NCBI GenBank assembly: GCA_964385615.1
Contig: CAYLPP010000005.1
Location: 26,130 to 90,129 of the forward strand
Source of the DNA: an uncultured bacterium
Lineage (GTDB): Bacteria; Omnitrophota; Omnitrophia; Omnitrophales; Aquincolibacteriaceae
DNA: 64,000 nucleotides
Direction: 5' to 3'
Made by a program: the position numbers and the translations under genes. How positions within the stretch are numbered: the stretch's first letter is position 1; each line of letters opens with the position of its first letter. The notes below the pieces were generated by a model. The model was not told the DNA's origin. It worked only from the letters and a program-made list of their open reading frames with translations, and searched no databases. Of this stretch, positions 36,983 through 47,685 are shown piece by piece.

Positions 36983-38127
36983 TGCGGATTCTGCTGATGC
37001 CAGGCAGTTACGCGCCGGTGATCGGAGGCCTTCAAACCGCGGTTGCCTCGCTTGCGGAGGGGTTGAAGAAATCCGGGCATGACGTCCGGGTCCTGACTCA
37101 GCGCTATCCCCGTGTTTTGAAGAGAAATGAACGCGTAAATGAAATTCCGGTTTACCGGGAATTCTTTTTTAAATCCGGAATTGAATATTTGAAGTCCGGA
37201 CGCCCGGATTTATTGCTCGCGTCTTTATTCCTCAATCCAAAGACGGAGGGCCGTCTGGAGCGGATGATTCAGGAGTTCAATCCGGATGTCGTGAATGTCC
37301 ACTTCGCGGGAGTGTTGATTCCGTTTGTTCTCAAGATAAGAGCGAAATTTAAATTTAGGTTTGTGCTTTCATTTCACGGTAACGATATTGAGAGGTTTTT
37401 TGACGAAAATCCCCCCGCCGTTGAAAAAGAAATGGTTATGAAGGCTTTGAAAGAAGCGGGCGCGGTTACGGTGCCTTCGAAGTATTTATTGAGCCGGGTT
37501 ATTCAATTAGACGCTTCGGCAGCCTCAAAGAGTCATGCTATTTGCAACGGAATCTCTCTGGAAAAATATTTGAATTCCAGGCCTTACCGCTATCCCCAGC
37601 CTTATATTCTGGCTTATGGAAGACTGATTCCGGTCAAGGGTTTTGACCTGCTGATCCGGGCTTTCGCGGTTATTTCAAAAAAAAATCCGCAGATGCATTT
37701 AATCCTCGCGGGAGAGGGCGGTGAAAAAGCAAACCTGGTAAAACTGGCGAATGGCCTGGGTGTCAGCGCAAAAATTTTATTTTACGGAAAAGCTTCTTCT
37801 GAAGAAATTCGAAGCCTTTTAAATGGATGCCTGTTCGCGGCGGTGCCTTCCAGACAAGAATCATTTGGTCTTTCGGCGCTTGAAGCGATGGCTGCCGGAA
37901 AGTTTGTGGTCGCGGCAAAAGTGGGCGGGCTTCCTGAGATTTTGCAGGATACAGCCAGCGCTCTGGTTCTTCCGGAGCCCGGGGCTATAGCGGAAGCGAT
38001 TGAAGCCTCTCTTCAGGATTTAGAAGGAATCAAGGCCGGAGGAGCTCGAAACCGCGCCGCTGCCGCGCGATACGGTTTAAGCGTTATGATTCAACGGTAT
38101 GAGCGTATTTATCAAAATGGTTCCTGA
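36976..38127 (+). CDS. Glycosyltransferase family 4 (GT-B)
   Basis: ESFGLSALEAMAAGKFVV motif. Confidence 0.75.
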   Translation: MLMRILLMPGSYAPVIGGLQTAVASLAEGLKKSGHDVRVLTQRYPRVLKRNERVNEIPVYREFFFKSGIEYLKSGRPDLLLASLFLNPKTEGRLERMIQEFNPDVVNVHFAGVLIPFVLKIRAKFKFRFVLSFHGNDIERFFDENPPAVEKEMVMKALKEAGAVTVPSKYLLSRVIQLDASAASKSHAICNGISLEKYLNSRPYRYPQPYILAYGRLIPVKGFDLLIRAFAVISKKNPQMHLILAGEGGEKANLVKLANGLGVSAKILFYGKASSEEIRSLLNGCLFAAVPSRQESFGLSALEAMAAGKFVVAAKVGGLPEILQDTASALVLPEPGAIAEAIEASLQDLEGIKAGGARNRAAAARYGLSVMIQRYERIYQNGS

Positions 38128-38190
38128 AAAGAAGGACTATTTGATTAGGCTTTTCGAGCCGATATACAGAGTTTACAAGGCGGATTTTTC

Positions 38191-39624
38191 ATGAAAAAAA
38201 CAATATCAAAAGCTAAGGAACGCTGGAGAACAATCCTTTCATTTTTGGGAATTCAGGCATTCTTTTCCTTAATGGTGATTAGTTTTTCATGGGGCGGGCA
38301 GAATATTTTTGCTGTCCTGATTGGAATTCCTCCGCTCGTGGCCGCCGCGTTAATGAGCCGGCGGAGCTTGTTTTTCATTTTTTACTTTATGTGCGTGCTT
38401 TTTGTTGTGGGTCAGCGCACTCTCTACTGGGGGCCTTCGCTCCGGTTCGTGCCTGGAGAAATGCTTTTATATCTTCTCGGGTTTCTTTGCCTTGGGTATA
38501 AAACACCGTCTCCGCTTCTACGGCAAGGAGGAATTCCGGCAGCTGTTTGGGTTTTATTTTTAGCGACGTTTTTCGCGGTTTATTCGACGGCCCGGTGGAC
38601 TTATTATCAGCCTGGAGATTTAAACCAAGCTTTCTTTTACGCTAAAATGATGTGGTTGAGCATTCCCGCTTTCTTTGTATGCGGCCGGCTGATTCAGCGC
38701 TTTGAGCATGTCCAGACAACGATTCTTCTAATTTCAGTAGGATGTTTCTTCCTTTCTGGGTTGGCGCTGGCTGAATATTACCATCTGCCCTTTATCCGTT
38801 ATTTCGGAGGTTTCGTGGAAGCGAAAAGCCATGATTCATTCAGCGCCGAAGGCTTTAGGCGCCTTGGCGCCAGTTTCTGGGGTGGTCCTATGCTTGCGGG
38901 TTATTTAACGGTTTCCTTTCCTGTGATCATGTCTCAGTTTTTTAATTCGAAATCCAACGTTCAAAAAATGATTACCCTGGGAACCTTAGTCATGAATTTT
39001 CTAGTGATCTATTATTCAGGACATCGCGGACTTTGGGTGACTTGTCTGATTTCAATCGCTATTTTCTTTTATTTAAAAGGGCTTAAAGGAATTTTTATCC
39101 TGCTTCTTTTAGGATCTCTGGGACTTCATTTTGTGCCGGATATCGCGAAAGAAAGAATACAATCTGTGGTAGGGTCGACGGAGGATTCCAGCGCTAAAAA
39201 ACGCAAAGAGAGAGCTGAATATGCCTGGGAGATGGTTAAGCGCGATCCTATTATCGGAAGCGGATGGGGTTCAAGCGGGCTGGTTCACAGCGATTTTCTG
39301 CAGCTTTGGGCGGATGCCGGCGGCGTCGCTTTTCTTTCACTGCTGTTTATTTTCCTGCAAATTACCAGCCGTCTTTGGATTTGGTTTCGAAAGATCAGAG
39401 ACCGAAGTTATCGGGAATATTACTTCGGGTTATTTGCTTCGGTTTCAGCCGGGTTTATCATTTTATGGCACCAAGCCTGGTTTAACCTCCCGGAACAATT
39501 TTTTCCTTTCTGGATTCTGATGGCGCTTGCTTACCATTATCCCACTATTTGTTTGAATGATACGAGAGTCGCTTTAACAACTTTAATGAATAAAGTTGAA
39601 ATGGAGAAAAAACAAAATGCCTAA
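38191..39624 (+). CDS. Wzy_C-domain membrane protein: O-antigen ligase/polymerase family (alternatively a PglL-type O-oligosaccharyltransferase)
   Basis: About 12 TM helices with a periplasmic loop carrying IIGSGWGSSGLVHSDFLQLWADAGGVAF, a Wzy_C-like motif. Preceded by the only 63-nt gap in this part of the locus. Confidence 0.6.
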   Translation: MKKTISKAKERWRTILSFLGIQAFFSLMVISFSWGGQNIFAVLIGIPPLVAAALMSRRSLFFIFYFMCVLFVVGQRTLYWGPSLRFVPGEMLLYLLGFLCLGYKTPSPLLRQGGIPAAVWVLFLATFFAVYSTARWTYYQPGDLNQAFFYAKMMWLSIPAFFVCGRLIQRFEHVQTTILLISVGCFFLSGLALAEYYHLPFIRYFGGFVEAKSHDSFSAEGFRRLGASFWGGPMLAGYLTVSFPVIMSQFFNSKSNVQKMITLGTLVMNFLVIYYSGHRGLWVTCLISIAIFFYLKGLKGIFILLLLGSLGLHFVPDIAKERIQSVVGSTEDSSAKKRKERAEYAWEMVKRDPIIGSGWGSSGLVHSDFLQLWADAGGVAFLSLLFIFLQITSRLWIWFRKIRDRSYREYYFGLFASVSAGFIILWHQAWFNLPEQFFPFWILMALAYHYPTICLNDTRVALTTLMNKVEMEKKQNA

Positions 39625-40777
39625 AAAATTCATTGTTTTCGGAAGCCCCAGAATTGAGCGTGAAGAGATTCGGGAGGTTATGGATTCGATTAAGACCGGG
39701 TGGCTTTCATCCGGCCCCAAAGTTGTCCGGTTTGAAGAGGATTTTAAAGCTTATATGCAGTCAGATTACGCCGTCGCGGTGAATTCATGCACGGCCGGAC
39801 TTTTTCTTTCTCTGGTTGCCGCAGGCATAGGGCAGGGGGACGAAGTGATCACCACTCCGCTGACTTTCGCGGCGACCGCGAATGTGATTATTCACCGCGG
39901 AGCCAAACCCGTTTTCGTGGATGTGGATCCGCAAACCATGAATATTGACGTGAATCAGATCGAGAGAAAAATCACAAAACGCACCCGCGCGATCATTCCC
40001 GTTCATTTCGCCGGCCGTGCCTGCGATATGAACGCGATCGGAACAATCGCTAAAAAACACAAGCTCTTAGTGATTCAAGACGCGGCGCACGCTCTCGAAA
40101 CGCTTTATGACGGAAGAAAAATCGGAGATTTTGGAGATTTGACGGCGTTCAGTTTTTACGCGACTAAAAATCTCACCACCGGTGAAGGCGGGATGGTGAC
40201 GACTTCCAAAAGAAAATGGGCTGAAGCGATTCAGGTTCTCGCTTCGCAGGGGATGACGCGCGGTGCCTGGCGCCGTTATTCCGATAAAGGATTTAAACAG
40301 TATCAGATTATTCTTCCCGGGTTTAAATTCAACATGATGGATATGCAGGCCGCGTTCGGGATTCACCAGCTCAGAAAAATCGAAAGTTTCCTCAAAGTCC
40401 GCGAGAAACTCTGGGCGGCTTATGATAAAGCCCTGCAAAGTCTGCCTTTGGAAATTCCCGCGGAGCCGGAGCCGGGAAGCCGCCACGCCCGCCATTTATA
40501 CACGGTGCTTTTAGACACGGACGCTCTTAAAATCAACCGTGATCAATTTCAGCACGAGCTTTTTAAAATGAAGATCGGAACCGGAGTGCACTTTATCGCT
40601 TTGCACCTCCATCCGTATTACCGCAAAACTTACGGATTCAGACCCAAGGATTTCCCCGCGGCGTCGGATATTTCCGCCCGCACCCTGTCACTTCCGATGT
40701 CGGCAAAATTGACTTCGGCGGAAACGGCTTATGTCATTGAATCTATCAGAAAAATCGTGAAGAAAAACAAACGCTGA
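39617..40777 (+). CDS. DegT/DnrJ/EryC1/StrS family PLP-dependent sugar aminotransferase (PglE/ArnB/WbpE-like)
   Basis: GWLSSGPKVVRFEEDF, and SFYATKNLTTGEGG gives the PLP lysine region. Start taken at MPKKFIVFG (39617). Confidence 0.8.
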   Translation: MPKKFIVFGSPRIEREEIREVMDSIKTGWLSSGPKVVRFEEDFKAYMQSDYAVAVNSCTAGLFLSLVAAGIGQGDEVITTPLTFAATANVIIHRGAKPVFVDVDPQTMNIDVNQIERKITKRTRAIIPVHFAGRACDMNAIGTIAKKHKLLVIQDAAHALETLYDGRKIGDFGDLTAFSFYATKNLTTGEGGMVTTSKRKWAEAIQVLASQGMTRGAWRRYSDKGFKQYQIILPGFKFNMMDMQAAFGIHQLRKIESFLKVREKLWAAYDKALQSLPLEIPAEPEPGSRHARHLYTVLLDTDALKINRDQFQHELFKMKIGTGVHFIALHLHPYYRKTYGFRPKDFPAASDISARTLSLPMSAKLTSAETAYVIESIRKIVKKNKR

Positions 40778-41325
40778 TGCTGAAAGAAACCGTGAAAACG
40801 TTATTCCGTTTCCTGATCTGGGCGGCTTATGCCTCTTACAAAATCGAAGGGGTTAACGCCCTCCTTCTATTAATGCCGGCCAAATTGATTGTTCCCACGC
40901 TTAGGAAATACGGCGCGGTGATCGGAGACGGCACCGTGATTCATTCTCCTTTAATCATTCATAATGCCGGTACTGATTACCGCAACCTTACTATTGGCAG
41001 TCATTCTTATTTCGGCCGTGCCGTGTTTCTTGACCTTAAAGACAAGATTTCGATTCAGGACAATGTGACGGTTTCGATGCGCGTGACTCTTCTGACTCAC
41101 ACCGACGCGGGTGACAGTGATGTTAAAACGGCGCTTCCTGTGTCTCAAGCGCCGGTGAGGATTGATTCCGGTTCTTATGTCGGCGCCAGTGCCACTATCC
41201 TTCAGGGAGTTCATATGCATGAGGGTTCCGCGGTCGGCGCGGGCAGTGTGGTGCTTCATGATGTGCCCGCTAAGACCATTGTCGCGGGGAATCCTGCCAA
41301 AACAATCAAAACACTTGATGCCTGA
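40777..41325 (+). CDS. Left-handed beta-helix (hexapeptide-repeat) sugar N-acetyltransferase (PglD/WbpD-like)
   Basis: Tandem hexapeptide repeats IGDGTVIHSPLII … IDSGSYVGASATI … VGAGSVV. TGATG overlap with the preceding gene. Confidence 0.7.
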   Translation: MLKETVKTLFRFLIWAAYASYKIEGVNALLLLMPAKLIVPTLRKYGAVIGDGTVIHSPLIIHNAGTDYRNLTIGSHSYFGRAVFLDLKDKISIQDNVTVSMRVTLLTHTDAGDSDVKTALPVSQAPVRIDSGSYVGASATILQGVHMHEGSAVGAGSVVLHDVPAKTIVAGNPAKTIKTLDA

Positions 41326-42076
41326 AAAAATATCAATTTTAATTCCCGCCTTTAATTCCGAAAAAACGATTCGGAACACGCTGGAGTCCGTCAAATGGGC
41401 GGATGAGATCCTGGTTTGCGATTCCTGGAGCACCGACCGCACGCTCGAAATTGCCCGAGAGTACGGTGCCCGGGTTATCCAGCATGAGTACATCAATTCC
41501 GCGCTTCAAAAAAATTGGGCTATTCCGCAATGCGCGCACGAATGGGTGCTGATTGTTGACACGGATGAAGTTGTGGAGGATGAACTTAAAAAAGAAATCC
41601 AATCCGTTCTGCGGAAACCCGACCCTGGTACGGATGGGTATTGGATTCCGCGCAAAAACTTTATCTATGGAAAATGGATGCGCCACGGCGGGATTTACCC
41701 CGATCTTCAGCTGCGGTTTTTCCGCCGCGATAAAGGCCTTTACGAGACCCGCGAAGTCCACGCTCATTTAAAAGTTTCCGGCAGAGCGGGACGGTTTAAC
41801 GGACATTTTCTTCATGAGGGATTTAAAGATTTTAAAACATGGACACTCAAGCTCGACCGGTATGTCCGTTACGAGACCGACGAATTGATTAAACAAAATA
41901 AAAAATTCCGCCTTTCCCGGGTCACGGTTTACCCGGTTCTGGTTTTTGCGCGCAGTTACTTTTGGCAGAGAGGATTCTTGGAAGGCTATCGCGGGTTTCT
42001 TTTAGCGGTTCTGGACGCTTTTTACTATTACGCGACTTACGCCCGGCTTTACGAGAGACAGAAAAAGATTGGCTGA
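41318..42076 (+). CDS. Glycosyltransferase family 2
   Basis: ISILIPAFNSEKTIRNTLESV … VCDSWSTD … VDTDE. The internal ATG 41318 gives an 8-nt overlap with the acetyltransferase. Confidence 0.75.
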   Translation: MPEKISILIPAFNSEKTIRNTLESVKWADEILVCDSWSTDRTLEIAREYGARVIQHEYINSALQKNWAIPQCAHEWVLIVDTDEVVEDELKKEIQSVLRKPDPGTDGYWIPRKNFIYGKWMRHGGIYPDLQLRFFRRDKGLYETREVHAHLKVSGRAGRFNGHFLHEGFKDFKTWTLKLDRYVRYETDELIKQNKKFRLSRVTVYPVLVFARSYFWQRGFLEGYRGFLLAVLDAFYYYATYARLYERQKKIG

Positions 42077-43262
42077 TAAAATAAAAATCGCTTTCCTGAT
42101 GCAGGAATCCCGTATGGGCGGGATCGAGTACAACTCCGTCCACCTGGCTGAAAAAATGAATCTTAAAAGATTTGATATCGTTTTTTTGTGCCCGGGAGAA
42201 GGTAAACTGCCTGAACTTCTAAGAAGTAAAAAAATCCCTTTCTTGTTTTACCGGCGGCCGGGTTTCTTTTCCACCAGTGTCCGGATCGGGGGAAACTATT
42301 TTTTCAATCCTTTCGCGACGGCCTGGAATTTCCTGTCTTTTTTTGTGATTACCTCCGGGCTCGCCGGAATTTTGAAAAGGGAAAATTTTAAAATTATTTT
42401 CACAAAAGGACTTCTGGCTAATTTTTACGGAGGTTTCGCGGCGCGCGCCGCTTCCATACCTTGCGTTTGGGATATGCAGGAGATCGTTTCAAACAGAAAA
42501 GCCTTCGGTTTATTTTCTATGATTCAGAATATTTGGGCGGTTTTAACCGTTAACCGGATTCTCGCGTCCTCCGAAGCGATTCGAAATCAATTTTGCGGAG
42601 CTGTAAGACGTAAAACCTCTGTAGTTCCAAATGGCATCGATACGGAATTTTATAAACCCGTTACGGGGGTTTCGGAAGTGAGGCGCGAGTGGAAGTTAAC
42701 CTCTGAGGAAGTGTTGATCAGTCATATTGCCAGACTGACTTACTGGAAAGGGCAAAAGGATTTTTTGAAAGCCGCGGCGGAGATCGCCAAAAAAATGCCT
42801 CGCGTAAAGTTCGCGGTTGTCGGATCTCCGGTATTTGAAAACCATGCTTATGAGCAGGAGATAAGACAGTTAGCTTCCGAGCTTGGTCTTGACGGCCGCG
42901 TGCTGTTTCCCGGGTTCCGGAACGACTTAAAAGAGGTGTTGTCGGCTTCAGATATTTTTGTTCATTCTTCGACGGAGCCGGAAGGGTGTCCGATTACCCT
43001 GATAACCGCTATGTCCATGGGCGTTCCATCGGTTATCACCGGCGTTGAGGGCAATACGGAGATTGTCTCCTCGCAAGACCAGGCTTTGGTGGTTTCTCCG
43101 GGGAAACCGGAAGAAATCGCGGCGGCGCTTTTGCGGATTCTGAACGATCCGGAACTCGCGGATAAAATGAGAAAAAGCGCTCGGAAAAGAGCGGTCGAGA
43201 GACATTCGATCGAAAGTTATGTCAGGGGCTGCGAAGGGGTGTTTGAAAATATTGCAAAATAG
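42069..43262 (+). CDS. Glycosyltransferase family 4 (GT-B)
   Basis: EGCPITLITAMSMGVPSV motif. TTG start. Confidence 0.7.
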   Translation: MADKIKIAFLMQESRMGGIEYNSVHLAEKMNLKRFDIVFLCPGEGKLPELLRSKKIPFLFYRRPGFFSTSVRIGGNYFFNPFATAWNFLSFFVITSGLAGILKRENFKIIFTKGLLANFYGGFAARAASIPCVWDMQEIVSNRKAFGLFSMIQNIWAVLTVNRILASSEAIRNQFCGAVRRKTSVVPNGIDTEFYKPVTGVSEVRREWKLTSEEVLISHIARLTYWKGQKDFLKAAAEIAKKMPRVKFAVVGSPVFENHAYEQEIRQLASELGLDGRVLFPGFRNDLKEVLSASDIFVHSSTEPEGCPITLITAMSMGVPSVITGVEGNTEIVSSQDQALVVSPGKPEEIAAALLRILNDPELADKMRKSARKRAVERHSIESYVRGCEGVFENIAK

Positions 43263-44244
43263 AAAAAAAATATTTTTTGTCTGCCAGGGAAGAAGAAGTT
43301 TTTTTGAGACGGACATTTCCATTCTTCGGGAGCATTTTCAGACGGACGTTTTTGATCTTTATCCTCCGTCAGCGGCGCATATTCCCGGAATATGGAGAGG
43401 TGTTTCCAGAGCGGACATTGTTTTTATCTGGTTTTTAGGCAGGCACGCGGTTCTTCCGCTAATTATAGCCCGGGTTTTGAATAAGAAAATCGTTCTTGTG
43501 GCCGGAGGCTGGGACGTAGCGGATTGTCCCGAAATTAATTATGGGCTGATGCGCAACGGGCCGTTTCATTTTTTGATTAAATTTCTTTTTACGCTTCCGC
43601 ATAAGGTTCTGGCGGTTTCTCAGTCCAATCTTCGGGAAATTCAAATGAACGCGGAAGTGCCGGCATCTAAAACAGAGCTGATTTATCACGGAATCGAAGA
43701 CGTGCCGGATGCCGGCGAAACGATTCAAAAAGAAAAAAAAGTTATTACGGCCGGTGAAATCACCCGGAGCAATTTACGGCGTAAGGGACTGGAGGCTTTT
43801 GTCAGGTGCGCGGCTCGTTTCACGGATGTTCCGTTTGTCCTGGCCGGAAAAGATTGCGGAGACGGCGCGTTGGAATATCTAAAGAGTATCGCGCCGGCAA
43901 ACGTGGTTTTTACCGGTTTTTTATCGCGGGAGGAACTTGACCGGCAGATGAAAAGCGCTGCCGTTTACGCGCAATTTTCTTTTCACGAAGCTTTCGGGCG
44001 TTCGGTTGCCGAAGCCATGCTTTTTGAATGCGTTCCTGTCGTCACGGACCGCGGGGCTTTGCCGGAAGTGGCCGGAGATGCGGGATATGTTGTTCCTTAT
44101 GGAGATGAAAATGCCTATGCGGACAGGATCTTGAAGGCGTTGAATGACACGCAGAAAGGCCTCGCGCCGCGAAAGCGGGTCCTAAAGCTTTTTTCTTATG
44201 AACAGCGGAATGATGCTCTAAAGAGGCTGGTTGACGGGTTATGA
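43219..44244 (+). CDS. Glycosyltransferase, GT-B fold (GT4-like)
   Basis: EAFGRSVAEAMLFECVPVV motif. Start uncertain: ATG 43219 overlaps the preceding gene by 44 nt, and an in-frame TTG lies at 43252. Confidence 0.6.
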   Translation: MSGAAKGCLKILQNRKKIFFVCQGRRSFFETDISILREHFQTDVFDLYPPSAAHIPGIWRGVSRADIVFIWFLGRHAVLPLIIARVLNKKIVLVAGGWDVADCPEINYGLMRNGPFHFLIKFLFTLPHKVLAVSQSNLREIQMNAEVPASKTELIYHGIEDVPDAGETIQKEKKVITAGEITRSNLRRKGLEAFVRCAARFTDVPFVLAGKDCGDGALEYLKSIAPANVVFTGFLSREELDRQMKSAAVYAQFSFHEAFGRSVAEAMLFECVPVVTDRGALPEVAGDAGYVVPYGDENAYADRILKALNDTQKGLAPRKRVLKLFSYEQRNDALKRLVDGL

Positions 44245-44951
44245 AAAAACAAACCATGGATGAAGTTGAGAGAATCCGCGGGGAATACGCGCGTAGAGAA
44301 AAGGAGTTTCCTCCGGGCTTTTACGCCTCCGCCGGAGATACCCTGCTTTACAGGACAAGGTGCGGAGCCGTTTTGAATTTGCTCAAATCAAACGGAATGA
44401 TCCCTTTGGCCGGAAAAAAAATACTCGAGGTCGGATGCGGCGAGGGCGCGTGGTTTTCGAGTTTTAAAGAATGGGGGGCCGAAGAATCCAGTTTATTCGG
44501 AGTCGATTTTATTCCTGAAAAAATCAGCAGTATCCGGCGGAAGTTTCCGTCCGCGAAGACTGAAATTGGTGAAGCTTCCAGTCTTAGGTGGGCGGATCAC
44601 TCCTTTGATATCGTGCTTCAATCGACGCTTTTTAGCTCTGTCCTCAGTCCGGAACTTAAGCGCAGAATCGCTGATGAAATGATTCGGGTGTTAAAACCGG
44701 GAGGAAAAATCATTTGGTATGATTTTTTTTGTAACAATCCCTGGAATCCAAATGTTAAAGGGGTTGGATTGAGCGAAATCAAAGATCTTTTTCCGGAAAG
44801 CGCGTTGAAATACAGCCGAATTACGCTTGCACCGCCTTTGGCTAGAAAGCTTGCCGGGAGTTTCCCGTCGCTTTGCGTTTTTCTGGAAAAGCTGAGCATT
44901 TTTAACACGCATTATCTGATTTTGATTCAGCCTGGAGCTCAAGTCATCTAA
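44241..44951 (+). CDS. Class I SAM-dependent methyltransferase
   Basis: ILEVGCGEGAWF motif I. ATGA overlap with the preceding gene. Confidence 0.7.
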   Translation: MKKQTMDEVERIRGEYARREKEFPPGFYASAGDTLLYRTRCGAVLNLLKSNGMIPLAGKKILEVGCGEGAWFSSFKEWGAEESSLFGVDFIPEKISSIRRKFPSAKTEIGEASSLRWADHSFDIVLQSTLFSSVLSPELKRRIADEMIRVLKPGGKIIWYDFFCNNPWNPNVKGVGLSEIKDLFPESALKYSRITLAPPLARKLAGSFPSLCVFLEKLSIFNTHYLILIQPGAQVI

Positions 44952-45958
44952 TGACGGATGAACTTCCTTTTGTATCAGTGATCATGCCTGTCCGTAACGA
45001 AGGCGCTTGTATGAAAGACGCTTTGGAAGCTGTGCTGCGGCAAGATTATCCCGCGGACCGGATGGAGGTAATAGCCGCGGATGGTATGTCGACCGATGCA
45101 ACCCGGAAGGTTATTGGAGAATTTCAAAAGAAATATACTAATTTAAAATTAATCGATAATCCCGGGAAGATTGTCAGTACCGGCTTGAACGCGGCGATTT
45201 TGAAATCCGCGGGCAGTATCATCATCCGCATGGACGGCCATACGGTCATGGCTCCTGACTATGTGCGCGCCTGTGTTTCGGCTTTAAAGCGGTCCAATGC
45301 CGATAATGTCGGCGGCAGGATGCGGGCCGAGGGGCGGGGTTTTGTCGGAAAAGCGATCGCATTGGCCACAAGCACTCCCTTCGGTGTCGGCGGAGCCCGG
45401 TTTCATTATTCCGAAAAAGAGGAGTGGGTGGATACGGTCTATCTTGGAGCCTGGAAGCGGGAAATTTTTGAAAAAATCGGACTCTTTGACGAAGAAATGA
45501 TCCGCAATCAGGATGATGAATGGAATTACAGACTGCGCAAGGCTGGCGGCCGGATCTTGATCAATCCCGGGATTCGATCGGTTTATTCGGTGAGGGAAAG
45601 TTTCACAGCGCTCTGGAAGCAGTATTTTAATTACGGCTTTTGGAAAGTCCGTGTTTTTCAAAAACATCCGGCTCAAATGCGCTTACGGCAATTCGTGCCC
45701 TCTTTATTCGTTTCGATTTTGATAGGTTCGGCTCTGATCAGTTTGATTTTAAAGAACCCCGCGTATTTTTTGACGCCGGCAACTATTTATTTGCTCGCGG
45801 ATCTTTGTGCGTCGCTTTGGATTTCAGGAAAATCCGGGACACGCTATTTGGCCGTTCTTCCCGCGGTTTTTTTGATTCTTCACGCAAGTTATGGAGCGGG
45901 GTTTCTTTGGGGAATTCTCAATGCTGCCAAGTTTAAAAAAGTCCGGGTTGAACCCTGA
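44951..45958 (+). CDS. Glycosyltransferase family 2 with C-terminal TM helices (GtrB/ArnC/DPM1-like polyprenyl-phosphate sugar synthase candidate)
   Basis: FVSVIMPVRNEGACM … VIAADGMSTD GT-A core plus two C-terminal TM helices (FVPSLFVSILIGSALISLIL…). Confidence 0.65.
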   Translation: MTDELPFVSVIMPVRNEGACMKDALEAVLRQDYPADRMEVIAADGMSTDATRKVIGEFQKKYTNLKLIDNPGKIVSTGLNAAILKSAGSIIIRMDGHTVMAPDYVRACVSALKRSNADNVGGRMRAEGRGFVGKAIALATSTPFGVGGARFHYSEKEEWVDTVYLGAWKREIFEKIGLFDEEMIRNQDDEWNYRLRKAGGRILINPGIRSVYSVRESFTALWKQYFNYGFWKVRVFQKHPAQMRLRQFVPSLFVSILIGSALISLILKNPAYFLTPATIYLLADLCASLWISGKSGTRYLAVLPAVFLILHASYGAGFLWGILNAAKFKKVRVEP

Positions 45959-45962
45959 AGAT

Positions 45963-47681
45963 ATGAATAAACTTTTTTCTGAAAATACGCGGACCGTAAA
46001 ATGGGGATTCTGGCTCATTTTAATGGCCGCGTTTTTTGTTAGGACTTGGGGGATTCATTACGGCCTTCCTTACGCTTACCACCCGGATGAACCTCTGAAC
46101 GTAAATGTCGTTTTGTCGATGGGATACCGCCACGATTTCAATCCTCATTGGTTCATTCATCCCGCATTGATGTTTTATTTCTTAGGGGTTCTCTACGGGG
46201 TTTATTTCGCGGCGGGGCTGGCCGCGGGATTTTGGAAGAACTCTCACGATTTTGGGCTGCTGATTCTTCAGGACCCTTCAAATATTTATTTAATAGGCCG
46301 AATAGCCTCCGCTCTTTTAAGCACCATAACCGTTGCCGCGGTTTACGAGGCGGGCCGGAAGCTGTTCGATAATAAAACAGGCTTAACGGCGGCCGTGATA
46401 CTTTCGTTTCTTTACCTGCCGGTTTACTTTGGGCACTTTATCAAAACAGAGTCGCTCCAAACCTTACTTACGCTTATTTCATTTCTGTTTTCGATCCGGA
46501 TTTTTGAACAAGGTAAAACGCGCGACTATTTGATTAGCGGTTTATTCGCAGGTTTGGCGGCGGCGGCTAAACAGCCGTCTCTTCTGGTGGTTCTTGCCGG
46601 TATTGCCGGGCATTTCTTCCATCAGAAAAAGACTCGCGGTTCCGAATGGGGAAAACTTCTGCTTCTTCTGACGGCGGCAGGCGCGGGTTTTTTTGCCGGC
46701 TCTCCATTCAGCGTTATTAAGTTCAGCGAAATGCTCCAAGCTTATCAGGGGATCAAATTTTACACGGTGGGAAGAGCGGGGGATTCTCTCCAGACCTGGT
46801 TTCATGATTTAATGACGGACATAGGCCCCGGCCCGCTTTTAGTTTTTTTTCTCTCATCGGTATATTTGATCATTAAGCCTTCGAAGAAAAAAAGCATGGC
46901 CGCGGTTTTCCCGTGGGCACACTTTATTCTGTTTTCTCTTCCAGCTTGGAAGAATGTACATTGGCAAGTCGTCACGATGCCTTTTTTTGCTTTATTGGCC
47001 GCTGATTTTTTGCAGGAGACAGCTTCGGCGGCCCGCCGTTTTTGGGGATGGAACCGCGGTTTAACGATGGCGCTGCTGGTTGGGGTGATGATGGCCGGCC
47101 CGTTGTTTCGGTGTCTTGCCTATGACGCTCAATTGAACCGGGTTGACACGAGAACTCAGGCTAAAGAGTGGATTGAACGGAATATTCCAGCCGGTTCAAA
47201 AATCGCGATGGAGCGCGGGCGGTTTATGAGCCGGAATGCACCGCCCATTAGAGAAAGCGCTGAAAGCATTCAGAGAAATTATATGTCTCCGCAAAGCCCT
47301 CTTTTGAAAAACGGATATCAAATGCAGGGTGTTGAAACTTATTACCGTATGCTGATTGAAGCGCAGGAGGGCAAGGGAGATGCCGCTTATGACATCATCC
47401 CTTTGTTTTATGAACCTTTTGGAGGGCGGGCTTCTTTTTGGCAAAGGCCGGCGATTCAATCTCTGGAGGAATATGAAGCCCAAAAAGTGGAGTATGTGAT
47501 TATTTCCGGCATGGCGGAGGAAAAGAGTTCGGCGGCCGGATCTTCCGAGGGGATGTGGGATCATTTTTACAAAAGTCTTCAAAATACAAATCGCGCGGTG
47601 TTGATTAAGGAATTTGTTCCGGGGAATCATCCTGGGCCGGCGATTCACATTTACCGGTTAAAAAAAGAGGAAAATACGTGA
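45963..47681 (+). CDS. GT-C fold membrane glycosyltransferase (GT39/GT83 ArnT/PMT-like)
   Basis: About 11 TM helices. First periplasmic loop YAYHPDEPLNV is a DE-type motif. C-terminal soluble domain. The track ORF begins at 45891; ATG 45963 avoids overlap with the preceding gene. Confidence 0.6.
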   Translation: MNKLFSENTRTVKWGFWLILMAAFFVRTWGIHYGLPYAYHPDEPLNVNVVLSMGYRHDFNPHWFIHPALMFYFLGVLYGVYFAAGLAAGFWKNSHDFGLLILQDPSNIYLIGRIASALLSTITVAAVYEAGRKLFDNKTGLTAAVILSFLYLPVYFGHFIKTESLQTLLTLISFLFSIRIFEQGKTRDYLISGLFAGLAAAAKQPSLLVVLAGIAGHFFHQKKTRGSEWGKLLLLLTAAGAGFFAGSPFSVIKFSEMLQAYQGIKFYTVGRAGDSLQTWFHDLMTDIGPGPLLVFFLSSVYLIIKPSKKKSMAAVFPWAHFILFSLPAWKNVHWQVVTMPFFALLAADFLQETASAARRFWGWNRGLTMALLVGVMMAGPLFRCLAYDAQLNRVDTRTQAKEWIERNIPAGSKIAMERGRFMSRNAPPIRESAESIQRNYMSPQSPLLKNGYQMQGVETYYRMLIEAQEGKGDAAYDIIPLFYEPFGGRASFWQRPAIQSLEEYEAQKVEYVIISGMAEEKSSAAGSSEGMWDHFYKSLQNTNRAVLIKEFVPGNHPGPAIHIYRLKKEENT

Positions 47682-47685
47682 GCTC